This document shows positions 1 through 9,541 of a stretch of DNA of 64,000 nucleotides, piece by piece. Origin of the DNA: a virus (taxonomy: Duplodnaviria > Caudoviricetes); IMG/VR virus record IMGVR_UViG_3300029305_003800, positions 1-64,000 of that record. One strand, written 5' to 3'. The notes under the pieces are model-generated. The model did no database searches. It had not been told where the DNA came from and was given only the letters and a program-made list of their open reading frames with translations. Each line of letters starts with the position of its first letter. Within the stretch, counting starts at the first letter, position 1. Made by a program: the position numbers and the translations under genes.

Positions 1-408
1 ACAGTAGAAAACATTTCAATTCACACAGATTTTGGTGCTATAGCAGTTGAAAGAGATATAACATATTCTGTATTAGAAAGAATGTTGGGAAAACAATATC
101 TTACAGAACAAGGTATTAGCAATATTAAGGCAGCAATAAATGCACAATTACAAAGATATAAAACAAATGGATATCTTAATGTAGGTGCACAATACAGTGG
201 AAATGATTTAACAATCACATATAACAATGTAAAATATAATGTTATCAAAAATGGTGCAGCACTTCCACAAGGATTTTATATTTTCTCAGTTCCAATGAAT
301 AATATATCTGTAGCAGACAAACAAGCAAGAAAATTTACACCTATATATGTAATTCTTGAGACACAAAATGGTGCAAGAGTTGTTGAAATCACAGGTGAAG
401 TAAGATAA
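1..408 (+). CDS. Tail sheath protein, C-terminal part (DUF3383-like), 5'-truncated by window edge
   Basis: Frame open from base 1. C-terminus GFYIFSVPM..ISVADKQARKFTPIYVILETQNGARVVEITGEV resembles DUF3383 sheath C-termini. Confidence 0.7.
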   Translation, partial: TVENISIHTDFGAIAVERDITYSVLERMLGKQYLTEQGISNIKAAINAQLQRYKTNGYLNVGAQYSGNDLTITYNNVKYNVIKNGAALPQGFYIFSVPMNNISVADKQARKFTPIYVILETQNGARVVEITGEVR

Positions 409-423
409 TAGGAGGATTCTAAG

Positions 424-591
424 ATGATAAGTCCAGAATTCCCAAAGGCAACAGAGGTTGTAGCAAATACTTCAATAGAAAATGATAGTATTGAGTTAAT
501 TCCTGTAGAAGATGAAGATTCTATTGAAATTGTTGCAACCAAAGTTGTAATTGATTCTATTTCAACAGATAGTGGAAAAATTGGAGATTGA
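424..591 (+). CDS. Small acidic hypothetical protein (55 aa, not in ORF track)
   Basis: AGGAGG at 410-415, ATG 424, TGA 589-591. MISPEFPKATEVVANTSIENDSIELIPVEDEDSIEIVATK... Confidence 0.6.
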   Translation: MISPEFPKATEVVANTSIENDSIELIPVEDEDSIEIVATKVVIDSISTDSGKIGD

Positions 592-604
592 GGAGAATAG
601 AATT

Positions 605-931
605 ATGTATAAATATTATTTAATAAGGCATAATAATAAACAATATAAAGTTAGAGCAGAAAATGAAGACGCAGCAGTAGCGAAACTTAAAATTGTTTTG
701 GAAAATAAAGATCAGGAACTATTCACCACAAATGTAGATGATGGATTTGGAGATATAGCAAAAATATTAGGAGGAATTGCAGTAACAGCATTAGAAGGAA
801 AGAAAATGTTACAGTCAAGTTCTACACCACCTATATCTGAAAGTATTATGAAATCTATGGCAGTAATAGGAACTGACATTTTAGCAATGGGAGCAGAAGT
901 CGCAAATTTGGCAAAGAAAAATCTTAAGTAA
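605..931 (+). CDS. Small putative head-associated protein with shared 24-aa tag
   Basis: GAGGAG RBS before ATG 605. N-terminal YLIRHNNKQYKVRAENEDAAVAKL motif shared with three downstream proteins. Confidence 0.65.
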   Translation: MYKYYLIRHNNKQYKVRAENEDAAVAKLKIVLENKDQELFTTNVDDGFGDIAKILGGIAVTALEGKKMLQSSSTPPISESIMKSMAVIGTDILAMGAEVANLAKKNLK

Positions 932-948
932 GGAGGTAGATCAATAAG

Positions 949-2622
949 ATGAGCAACAGTTTAGAATCATTTATTAATTCTAGTGTGGGCAAAGGCAACA
1001 TGACTTCAAATATAAGATTATCTACCTCTATAAATAATTCAGAAACTTCAGCATTAGGAAAGACAGCAAAAATGATGGATGAAGCAATACAGGAAGGATT
1101 TGGATCAGTAAGAGTAAGAGATGGTTCATTTAACAATCCTGCAATGCAGACAGGTATGTCTAACTACATGTTGAATGGAGCATATTTTAGTGGAGATTTA
1201 ATTACATTTAGACGACAAGAATTGATGGCAATTTATAATGGTTGTTGGGTATTTAGGAAAATAGTGGATATTCCAGCAAGAGATATGTGGTCTAATGGAA
1301 TAGATATTAACACTGAAAGTGTAAATGATAATGAATTAGCAGGAGTTTATTCAAAATATAATATATTAAAAAGTAAACTCATATATGCAACAAAACAAGC
1401 AAGAATATTTGGTGGCGCAGCATCTTTAATAATGGTTGACGACGGAGAAGAAGATTTATCAAAACCATTAAAACTCTCAAATATTAAGAAAGGTTCAAAA
1501 ATAAATCTCTTGACAACAGACAGATGGTATGGATTAAGTTGGTCAAGTGAAGTTGTTGATGATTATAGAAGTTCTGAATTTGGATTACCAAAATATTACT
1601 CATTCTTTATAGATGGTGTAGAAGAAACACAACAAATACATCATTCAAGAGTTCTAAGATTTGTCAATAGAAAATCACCTAGAATAATTGAACAACAATT
1701 ACAAGGATGGGGAATATCTGAGTTAGAGCATATTCTACAAGATTTAATGAATCACGAGAACACAAAGAATTCTATTGCTTCATTATTAAATAAAGCACTA
1801 TTAGAAATCATTAAGTTAGACGGTATGAGAAATACATTTAGTGGTCTTAGTGCAGGAAATGCTCAATCAGCAGCAATGTTTGCAGCACAAATGGCAGCAT
1901 TAAATAATTACAGAACATCAAATAAACTTGTATTTATGGACAAACAAGATGAATATGAAAAGCAAGAATATTCATTTAGTGGATTATCTGAAATACTTGA
2001 AGCACAGAAAGATATTGTATCTGGTGCAGCAGAAATGCCAGAAGTATTATTGTTCGGAACAAATAGAGCAGGATTAAATGGTGATAAACCTATTGAATTA
2101 AGAATATATGATAACAACATTCAGGGAAAACAAGATGATGAATGTCGTCCTATATTAGATAAATTATTACCAGTAATTTTTAGAACTTGTGGTCTGGAAG
2201 TTCCAGCAGATTTATCTTATGAATTTATAAGTATGTTAGAAGATTCTGATGAGACAAGACAGAATTACTTAACAAACTTAGTAAATAATATAACATCATT
2301 ATTAGACAATAATTTAATAACTCATGAAACTGCCTTACAAGAAATTCAAGCATCAGTGAAGAAGACAGGATTTGGTCTTAAAATAACAGAAAAAGATATT
2401 GAAAGAGCAAAGAAAGCAGATGAGTTAGAAGCAAATAGTCCAGGAGAGGATGAGAATGGATTAGATCTAGGTCTAAATAATGGAGAAGAAGATATTGTAA
2501 CAGAAACTACAGAGAAAAATATAATTCCACAACAAAGGGCTGAAAATACCTTGAAAACGGACGATTATACAGAAGTAAAAAATAGAATTATAAGTGCAAC
2601 ATTGAGAGATAAAAGAAAATAA
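949..2622 (+). CDS. Portal protein (DUF1073-type)
   Basis: Y..W..RKIVDIPARDM, ARIFGGA, FGLPKYY, IHHSRVLRF, WGISEL, FSGLSEIL, SGAAEMP..LLFG motifs; 557 aa; in head module. Confidence 0.9.
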   Translation: MSNSLESFINSSVGKGNMTSNIRLSTSINNSETSALGKTAKMMDEAIQEGFGSVRVRDGSFNNPAMQTGMSNYMLNGAYFSGDLITFRRQELMAIYNGCWVFRKIVDIPARDMWSNGIDINTESVNDNELAGVYSKYNILKSKLIYATKQARIFGGAASLIMVDDGEEDLSKPLKLSNIKKGSKINLLTTDRWYGLSWSSEVVDDYRSSEFGLPKYYSFFIDGVEETQQIHHSRVLRFVNRKSPRIIEQQLQGWGISELEHILQDLMNHENTKNSIASLLNKALLEIIKLDGMRNTFSGLSAGNAQSAAMFAAQMAALNNYRTSNKLVFMDKQDEYEKQEYSFSGLSEILEAQKDIVSGAAEMPEVLLFGTNRAGLNGDKPIELRIYDNNIQGKQDDECRPILDKLLPVIFRTCGLEVPADLSYEFISMLEDSDETRQNYLTNLVNNITSLLDNNLITHETALQEIQASVKKTGFGLKITEKDIERAKKADELEANSPGEDENGLDLGLNNGEEDIVTETTEKNIIPQQRAENTLKTDDYTEVKNRIISATLRDKRK

Positions 2623-2663
2623 TTAAAAGAAATAAAAGTTATTCTTAATAGGAGGAAAATCAA

Positions 2664-3749
2664 ATGGATAATGATAACTTAATTAAAGTTCCAGCAGAAT
2701 ACGCAAGGACACTAGGAAGAATGGGACTTACAGAATACAAGATAGTTCAAGAAGATGCAGACGGAATAGTTATTTCGGCTCCAATTGAATTATGCAGGAC
2801 ATTGTTAAGAATGGGACTCGTTGATTACAAGGATGCAACTGACTCAAATTACTTAATTGTTAAAGCAACAAAATGTGAGTTTGTAGATATTGCAGAAGCA
2901 GTAATGGGAAATATTGCAGCAGTTACAAAACTAACACAAAGTGGTAATGATGTAGCAGTTAATGTTGAATTTGATGAATTAGTTGATATTGCATCTCCAG
3001 TTACAGGACAAACAAAGAAATATATTGTATTATTAGTTAAAACAAACTTTGATACAATTGTAGGTGCAAAATTCAATAATGTCACACTTACAGAAACTGA
3101 TGTTGAAAATGCAGCAAAATTAGGTGGAGCATCAGGAACTATTGCATGGTGGGTTGACGCAGCATCAATTAAGGGTGCAAAACTTACAGCAACAGTTGAA
3201 AAAGAAACTTATACCACAGAAACTATTTCAGTAACAGGAACAGATGTGTCAAAGTATAATTTAACTTATACAAATGAAGATAGTAATGTTACGGCAGTAT
3301 TTACAGGAGCAAATGGTAGAACGATTACTCCAGGTGAAGATGTCATCAATTTAGGTGAAACAGTAAATATGACACTAACCGCAACAAATAGTAAATTTAT
3401 TGATACTGTTACTGTTAACGGAGAAGAAGTAAATGTCGGAGCAACATCATTTACAGCACAGATTATAGAAAATGCTAATACTAATGTTACAGTAGTTGTA
3501 ACAGAGGTTGCAGGTGTAACATTGTCATATAATGCAAATGATGCAGAAGCAACAGGAACCACTGCAAGTCAAACAGTAGCAACAGGATATAAAGCAACAG
3601 TTGCAGCGAATGGATTTGAAGTTGCAGGAAAAGTATTCTCAAAATGGAATACAGCAAGTGATGGAACAGGAACTGATTATGATCCAGAAGTAGAAATAAC
3701 AATGACCGCAAATTTAGAGTTATTTGCTATATGGACAGCAGAATTATAA
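2664..3749 (+). CDS. Ig-like/InlB B-repeat-containing virion decoration protein
   Basis: C-terminal YNAN..ATGT..F...GKVFSKWNTASDGTGTDY..LELFAIW matches the Listeria-Bacteroides (InlB B) repeat; Thr/Val-rich beta domains. Confidence 0.7.
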   Translation: MDNDNLIKVPAEYARTLGRMGLTEYKIVQEDADGIVISAPIELCRTLLRMGLVDYKDATDSNYLIVKATKCEFVDIAEAVMGNIAAVTKLTQSGNDVAVNVEFDELVDIASPVTGQTKKYIVLLVKTNFDTIVGAKFNNVTLTETDVENAAKLGGASGTIAWWVDAASIKGAKLTATVEKETYTTETISVTGTDVSKYNLTYTNEDSNVTAVFTGANGRTITPGEDVINLGETVNMTLTATNSKFIDTVTVNGEEVNVGATSFTAQIIENANTNVTVVVTEVAGVTLSYNANDAEATGTTASQTVATGYKATVAANGFEVAGKVFSKWNTASDGTGTDYDPEVEITMTANLELFAIWTAEL

Positions 3750-3778
3750 TAAGTCATTAAAAATGGAGGAAAATTAAA

Positions 3779-4369
3779 ATGATTAAAAATAATGTTTTTA
3801 GAGGAGTAGTTTACACATTCCTTACAGCAATGATGGTATATGCAGGAGTAGTAGGTATAGGCATGATGGGTGGTTCATTAGAAATGACTGCAGCAGAATT
3901 ATATACAACTCTTGGATACACAGGATTATTAGTTCTTGCAGGGATAGTATTCTTTGGCATAAATATGCTTATATTTGCAATTAATAACTATAAACAATTT
4001 GTGTATTATACTGCAGGAAAAGTAGATAATAGAAAATACGGCAAGAAAGTATTTGCGAAACTGTATAAAGCAGTTATAGCAATTCTATTGCTTGCAGGAA
4101 TTATTGTATTATTTACAATAAAGATTAATTTAATTGAATTTATAAGATTTGGTGATATAAAGACAGTTGTATTAGCAGGATTAACATTAATAGCAGTTGT
4201 ATTGTTATTTGCATTTGAATTTGCTGAGTTAATTTTTACAATTAAAGCAAGAGGTCCAAAGAAACCAAAGGCAAAGAAAGTTAAGAAAGCAAAGCAAGTA
4301 GAACAACCAGTTGCACCAAAAGCAACAGAAGTTCAAGAAAAACCAGTATTTAGATTTGGTAAGAAATAA
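3779..4369 (+). CDS. Integral membrane protein (about 4 TM helices)
   Basis: Four long hydrophobic segments and a Lys-rich C-tail; GGAGG RBS. Confidence 0.7.
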   Translation: MIKNNVFRGVVYTFLTAMMVYAGVVGIGMMGGSLEMTAAELYTTLGYTGLLVLAGIVFFGINMLIFAINNYKQFVYYTAGKVDNRKYGKKVFAKLYKAVIAILLLAGIIVLFTIKINLIEFIRFGDIKTVVLAGLTLIAVVLLFAFEFAELIFTIKARGPKKPKAKKVKKAKQVEQPVAPKATEVQEKPVFRFGKK

Positions 4370-4383
4370 GGAGACTGTAAATT

Positions 4384-5916
4384 ATGAAAACTGTTGATGA
4401 GGAATTAAAACCAGAAACAGTTGAAACTTTAGATTTGAGAGGGGACATTGGGTTCCTTCTCAAAGATGAAGTTGAAGCAATAGATGGTTATGATAGAGTA
4501 TTAAAAAGAGCAGAATTAACAGAAGAACAGAAAAACATGTTAGAAGAAATTCGTAATGATGAATTAGAACATGTTGATAAGTTGAATGAAATTTACAGAA
4601 CCTTGGCTACAGGAGAAATAGAGGAGGGTAATGACATCGTGAAGTATAATAAAGATTCAAAAGTAAAAGATTATAAATCAAACGAACTTATTGCTCATAT
4701 CCGTGAATTATATAAGACTATTGGTAAAGATAAAATAGAACAATATAAGGAAATTCTTAAAAAGAAAGGTGGATACAGAGATTTAGGCACAAGATTAGCA
4801 TGGGATGCTTTACATGTAGCGACTCATAATGCAGGAGAAAGAATGTCTGATTGGTATGATAAATATGAAGTAAATGACAATCATATTGATTCTGCTGCTA
4901 AGAAAGTTCTAAGAGAGATGGGTGTATCTTTAGTTGATGCTAATAGAGTAAAAGATGAAGATCCTATTCAAAAGATAGTTGGCAGAAAATTAGAGACAGC
5001 ACTAGATGTCTTAGATTTAGTGAAAATATACTTAGGAAATTATAAGTGGCACAATAATCCAGATGGAACAATGACAGTTAGCACAGATGCAGGAAAATAT
5101 ATTATTAAATTCAAATATGAACCTAAAAATGAAGAAAATTCAGAAAGAGTTATTGTAAGTAATATTACAAAAATTGAAGATGATTTTACAGGAGCAGAAT
5201 TCAAAGAAGCAAATGTAAATGAACCATTAAATCCAATGTGTGATGAAGAAGTAGAAGATGGGTTCCTTGAAAATGTTTTAAGCAAGGGATTAGGAGTAGT
5301 TAATAATATGGTAAATCAATTAGACGAGGATACAGCAGAATTAGAATTAGGTGATGATATTCCAGTTGAAGAACAAATAAAAAGATATCTAAAAGAAAAT
5401 GGAAAAAGTGCAGGAAGATTAAAACTAGTAGGAATTAGTCAACCAGAGATTGAAGTTTATTTAGATAATGAATTTATTGGTAAGTGGAATAGAGAAAAGA
5501 AACAGATGGGTGACTCTGCTGAAATGGTAGAACAATTAAAACAAGAAGCAATAGAAGCACATGAAAGACTTACAGACACAGACACATCTAATGATATCGG
5601 ATTAATAGAGAAAGGAAATCAATATCGTTGGGAAGAAAAGTATGGTAATACTCTACTAACTGTCCTTAAGACGGATACAGAAATCAGACTTGCACTTGAT
5701 AGAAATGGAGCATATGTAGAAATTCCTAGAGAAAAGTTTGAAGAAATGATAAGATCTGGAAAATTAAAAGCAGTTGAAAGTGTAAACATAGAAGAATATA
5801 GCGATATTGAAACATTAAAAGATTACAAAGTTAAAGTTGGAGACAAGACATTTGTAGTAAGTGCAAAATCACCAAAAGATGCTAAAAATAAAGTAAAATC
5901 AAAATTAGGAGAGTAA
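4384..5916 (+). CDS. Modular putative internal head protein: N-terminal ferritin-like domain, C-terminal 24-aa tag
   Basis: LKDEVEAIDGY...LEEIRNDELEH (ferritin/rubrerythrin-like E..E and ExxH ligands); C-terminal YKVKVGDKTFVVSAKSPKDAKNKV. Confidence 0.6.
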   Translation: MKTVDEELKPETVETLDLRGDIGFLLKDEVEAIDGYDRVLKRAELTEEQKNMLEEIRNDELEHVDKLNEIYRTLATGEIEEGNDIVKYNKDSKVKDYKSNELIAHIRELYKTIGKDKIEQYKEILKKKGGYRDLGTRLAWDALHVATHNAGERMSDWYDKYEVNDNHIDSAAKKVLREMGVSLVDANRVKDEDPIQKIVGRKLETALDVLDLVKIYLGNYKWHNNPDGTMTVSTDAGKYIIKFKYEPKNEENSERVIVSNITKIEDDFTGAEFKEANVNEPLNPMCDEEVEDGFLENVLSKGLGVVNNMVNQLDEDTAELELGDDIPVEEQIKRYLKENGKSAGRLKLVGISQPEIEVYLDNEFIGKWNREKKQMGDSAEMVEQLKQEAIEAHERLTDTDTSNDIGLIEKGNQYRWEEKYGNTLLTVLKTDTEIRLALDRNGAYVEIPREKFEEMIRSGKLKAVESVNIEEYSDIETLKDYKVKVGDKTFVVSAKSPKDAKNKVKSKLGE

Positions 5917-5919
5917 ACT

Positions 5920-6531
5920 ATGAACATATTTGAAAGAAATAATAAACCTGCAATCAAACAAACAGTTAGAGATGCAGCAGAAGTAATAAATGAAGAAGTT
6001 GAACAAGTTGAGACTCCAGTTGAAGAACCAGTTGAGACCACTGAAAAGGTAGTTGAAACCAATGAACAAGAGATTATAACAGAACCTGTAGAAGAACAAA
6101 AGTTCCACAAATACAGAGTAAAATTCAATGGAAAGAAATACAGAGTTGTTGCTAAATCAGAAATTGAAGCATATGAAAAGATACAGAAGTTCTTTGAAAA
6201 TAAAATTATAGAACCTGCAAAAGAATTGAAAGAAGAAGATAAACAAATTATAATTAAAGTGAAAGATATCTTCAATGCTATAGCAGGAGAAATAACTCGC
6301 ATTGTAACAGTAGCACATCCAGAAACAGTAGATAACACATATGACAGATGGGTTGCAGTATTAACAGAAGAGTTAGGTGAAATCGTTCACGAAATAAATG
6401 ATGCATATGAGGGAAAACAACCTACAAAGAATACTTATGTAGAATGTGTTCAACTCGCAGCAGCAACAATACTACTTGCTAAAAAGTTCGCTAATGAGCA
6501 TCCGGAGATGTTTTCTGAGGAGGACAAGTAA
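5920..6531 (+). CDS. MazG-like NTP pyrophosphohydrolase domain protein with 24-aa tag
   Basis: WVAVLTEELGEIV...VECVQLAA matches the MazG-fold EExGE...ExxQ/D pattern; acidic N-terminus. Confidence 0.65.
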   Translation: MNIFERNNKPAIKQTVRDAAEVINEEVEQVETPVEEPVETTEKVVETNEQEIITEPVEEQKFHKYRVKFNGKKYRVVAKSEIEAYEKIQKFFENKIIEPAKELKEEDKQIIIKVKDIFNAIAGEITRIVTVAHPETVDNTYDRWVAVLTEELGEIVHEINDAYEGKQPTKNTYVECVQLAAATILLAKKFANEHPEMFSEEDK

Positions 6532-9474
6532 ATGTCATATATAGTAAAGACTAAGGGACGAAAATTCATAGTTGATGCAGACTCACACAAGGATGCTGTA
6601 AAGAAAGTAAGAGACAGTCTCTTGAAAGATGGCTATAGTTATGAAGACTTTGAGAAAGATCTTGAAAAGATGGGAATTAAAGGTCATACATCAACACTTT
6701 TTGCTGAGGCAAAGAGAGGACTCCCAAACTTAAAGAGAATAAAAGAACTCTCAGGAGGTTGGTGGAAGGATGTTGATGCTGAAAGGATTTACAAACTTGC
6801 AATGAATGTAAGAGACTCTGAATTATCTACAAACAAATATGAAAAAGAATTCGGACTTGTAGGAAGAACTCAAGACAAGTTAATTGAATCAGGCTCAGAG
6901 AAAGCATTACAAAAGAATATTGCAACTGAAATAAAAGCAGGAAAAGATCCAAAACAAGCAGCAGCAATAGCATACTCAATTCAAAGAGAGAATGATGGAA
7001 ATATAATTCCTAAAAATGCAAAAAAGATAGAATTTACATTCAAAAAAGATGGCGAGAAGTTAATTCTTGAAAATATGGGATACATGGGGTGGTCTAATAT
7101 AAATAAGAATGAAATATATCCAAATTCTTTGATAAATGACTATCTTAAATCAGGACTCGCAACTGTAAAAGTTATTGATTCAGCAATAAATGATGCAGAA
7201 ATACCTCATATAACAAAAGAACAATGGAATAAAATTCCAAAGGAATACAAAACAACAGATCCAAAAACAGGAAAGAAACAAGCATTTGCAGGAAGTTTGG
7301 GAATTGCTCCAGGTGGAACAACATTATTAACAGAAGGAATGCATTTTATAATTGACTCAGAAGAAAAGAATTATACTTATATAATGTTTGGAACTACAGG
7401 AGAAAAGAGAGTAGATAATCTTACAAAAGCAGAGGCAGAACATTTACTTAAGAATAATAAACTTTTAGGATATGATGGAAAAATAGTAGAAACAAAAACT
7501 CTAAAAGATGCAAAGCAAGAATATAGAGTAAATTATCACAATAGTTATACGGGAAGACATGCAGTAGATTATGTTGAAGCAAATAATGTAAAAGAAGCAT
7601 TAAGAAAGTTTGGAAGAGATGTAGCACTTAGAGGAGACGGAACAGCAAATATAAATGTTCATAGTATATCTCCTAATGAAGGATATCAAAGAATTTACGG
7701 AAAACTGAGCGAATTATTAAAGAATAAAGATTTTCAAGATTCTGTTGAAGATGATATCACCAACCAACAATATTTTACTGATAAAATTGAAAAAGCAAAA
7801 AATGTAGGAAAATTTACATTGTGGAAAGATGAAGAAGGAAACTATTATTTAGATGCAACAATTAGCAGAAGTGGAAAAAGACTTCAAAATCTCAAAACAA
7901 AAGACATAAATGAAGCAAGAAGAATTGCAAAAGAACATTTAGATTTTATTGAAGACTCAGCAATAGAAGATGAAACAAAAATAATAAATACAAAACTTTG
8001 GAATCCTGATTTTTACTTAGTTAAAGAACCAAATTTTAATGAAGTAAAAGAAGGAATAAGAAAAGTATTAAAGAACTCAGGACTTGAAGCAACATGGATA
8101 GAATTATCAGTATTTAATTCATATGTTACATTTAATCCTCGTGATAAAAGATTAGATAATGCTCCATTAAAGAAAGTTTTAAATGACCTACTAAAATATA
8201 TAAATAAAAATTTATATGTTGATAAATTAGTTTGTTCAGGTGGACAATTCAAATTTACAATAAAGGGATTTGAATATTTACTTAATAAATACAAAGTATT
8301 CAAAGATACTGCTGAAGAAATAGAAGATAAATCAGTATTCTCAGAAGAAACAATGAATTCTATGCAAGAAGGAATTGAAAAAGATTATGAGAGTATGGAA
8401 AATAGACTTGAAAAATTACATGATACATCTGCTCCAAAAGAAATAGAAGATTTACCTATTAAAGCAAGACAAGAGTTAAGAAATGCAAAAGAAAAAGGTC
8501 CAAAACTGTTAGAAATATTAAGTCAATTACAAGATATAGTAAATAAAGCATCTGCAGAAGAAAGGGCAGAAGTAAGATATAAGGCAGAAAAGATATTAGC
8601 AGATCTCAAAAAGCAGTTTGGATTAGAAAGAGAAACATACATTAAGTTAGATTCTGCAATTGAAGATGAAAGATTATCTCCAATGACTTATTCTAAATTA
8701 AAAGAGTTAGGATACGATCAAGATGATTGGAAAGATTTAACACAAGAACAAGCAAATGAATTAGTTGCAAAAGGTAGAAAAGAAACTACAAATGGAGAAA
8801 CTTCTAATGAAGAGAATTCTACAATAGAAACTAAATCTACGAATAAAAATATAGAGAAATATGAAGTTCCTGAAGAGTATGATGCAAGTAAATGGACAGA
8901 AACAGAAGAATATACTAAATTTATGAAAGAACAGTTCAAAACAGGAGATCCAAAAGTATCTGAATATGGAATTGAATTCAAAGGTAATTTTTCTAAAGAA
9001 GATTTAGATAAAGTAAGAAATTATTTTGATGGAGAAGGATTAGATATACTTGAAACCAAAAACGGAATCATGTTATCTCAAGGTGCAGATTATGTAGATG
9101 ATCAAGAAGAGTATGAAGAATTTGCAAAACAAAGAGAAGAATGGTTAAATCAAGAAAATAAACCAAAAATTGAAAATAATCCTGAAAATAGAGGAAGATG
9201 GTTGGAGTTAATTAAAAAGCAGTTTGACAAAGGAGAATTATCTGAAGAAGAGCGAAAAGAATTAGAAGAATTAGATGCAGTGATAAATCCACCAAAAACT
9301 GAAGAACAAAAAGAAAGGGATAAAGAGAAAACAAAACTCAATACTGAGTTAGAAACTCTTAAATCTGAGTTGAAACCAAATAATAGATATTATTGGAAGA
9401 AAAGTGAGATAAAAGAAAAAGAAGATAGAATTGCAGAATTAGAAAGAAAAATTGCAGAACTTGAATCTAAATAA
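6532..9474 (+). CDS. Large modular putative internal head polyprotein (980 aa)
   Basis: N-terminal tag; repeated DSAIED-like linkers; contains the small phage head-region domain [28 protein letters not shown]. Confidence 0.6.
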   Translation: MSYIVKTKGRKFIVDADSHKDAVKKVRDSLLKDGYSYEDFEKDLEKMGIKGHTSTLFAEAKRGLPNLKRIKELSGGWWKDVDAERIYKLAMNVRDSELSTNKYEKEFGLVGRTQDKLIESGSEKALQKNIATEIKAGKDPKQAAAIAYSIQRENDGNIIPKNAKKIEFTFKKDGEKLILENMGYMGWSNINKNEIYPNSLINDYLKSGLATVKVIDSAINDAEIPHITKEQWNKIPKEYKTTDPKTGKKQAFAGSLGIAPGGTTLLTEGMHFIIDSEEKNYTYIMFGTTGEKRVDNLTKAEAEHLLKNNKLLGYDGKIVETKTLKDAKQEYRVNYHNSYTGRHAVDYVEANNVKEALRKFGRDVALRGDGTANINVHSISPNEGYQRIYGKLSELLKNKDFQDSVEDDITNQQYFTDKIEKAKNVGKFTLWKDEEGNYYLDATISRSGKRLQNLKTKDINEARRIAKEHLDFIEDSAIEDETKIINTKLWNPDFYLVKEPNFNEVKEGIRKVLKNSGLEATWIELSVFNSYVTFNPRDKRLDNAPLKKVLNDLLKYINKNLYVDKLVCSGGQFKFTIKGFEYLLNKYKVFKDTAEEIEDKSVFSEETMNSMQEGIEKDYESMENRLEKLHDTSAPKEIEDLPIKARQELRNAKEKGPKLLEILSQLQDIVNKASAEERAEVRYKAEKILADLKKQFGLERETYIKLDSAIEDERLSPMTYSKLKELGYDQDDWKDLTQEQANELVAKGRKETTNGETSNEENSTIETKSTNKNIEKYEVPEEYDASKWTETEEYTKFMKEQFKTGDPKVSEYGIEFKGNFSKEDLDKVRNYFDGEGLDILETKNGIMLSQGADYVDDQEEYEEFAKQREEWLNQENKPKIENNPENRGRWLELIKKQFDKGELSEEERKELEELDAVINPPKTEEQKERDKEKTKLNTELETLKSELKPNNRYYWKKSEIKEKEDRIAELERKIAELESK

Positions 9475-9479
9475 GAAAA

Positions 9480-9519
9480 TAAATTCCTCCTAAGACGAAA
9501 CTTTTGGGAGGAATTTTTG
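9480..9519 (+). terminator. Rho-independent terminator overlapping a promoter
   Basis: aaattcctcc ... ggaggaattt inverted repeat followed by T run. Confidence 0.65.
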
Positions 9520-9541
9520 TATAATGATTATAGAGGTAATT

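Noticed and set aside
949-2622. Anti-CBASS Acb1 label often attached to DUF1073 proteins
   Set aside because: No HxT/HxS phosphoesterase extension recognised; size and position fit a plain portal.
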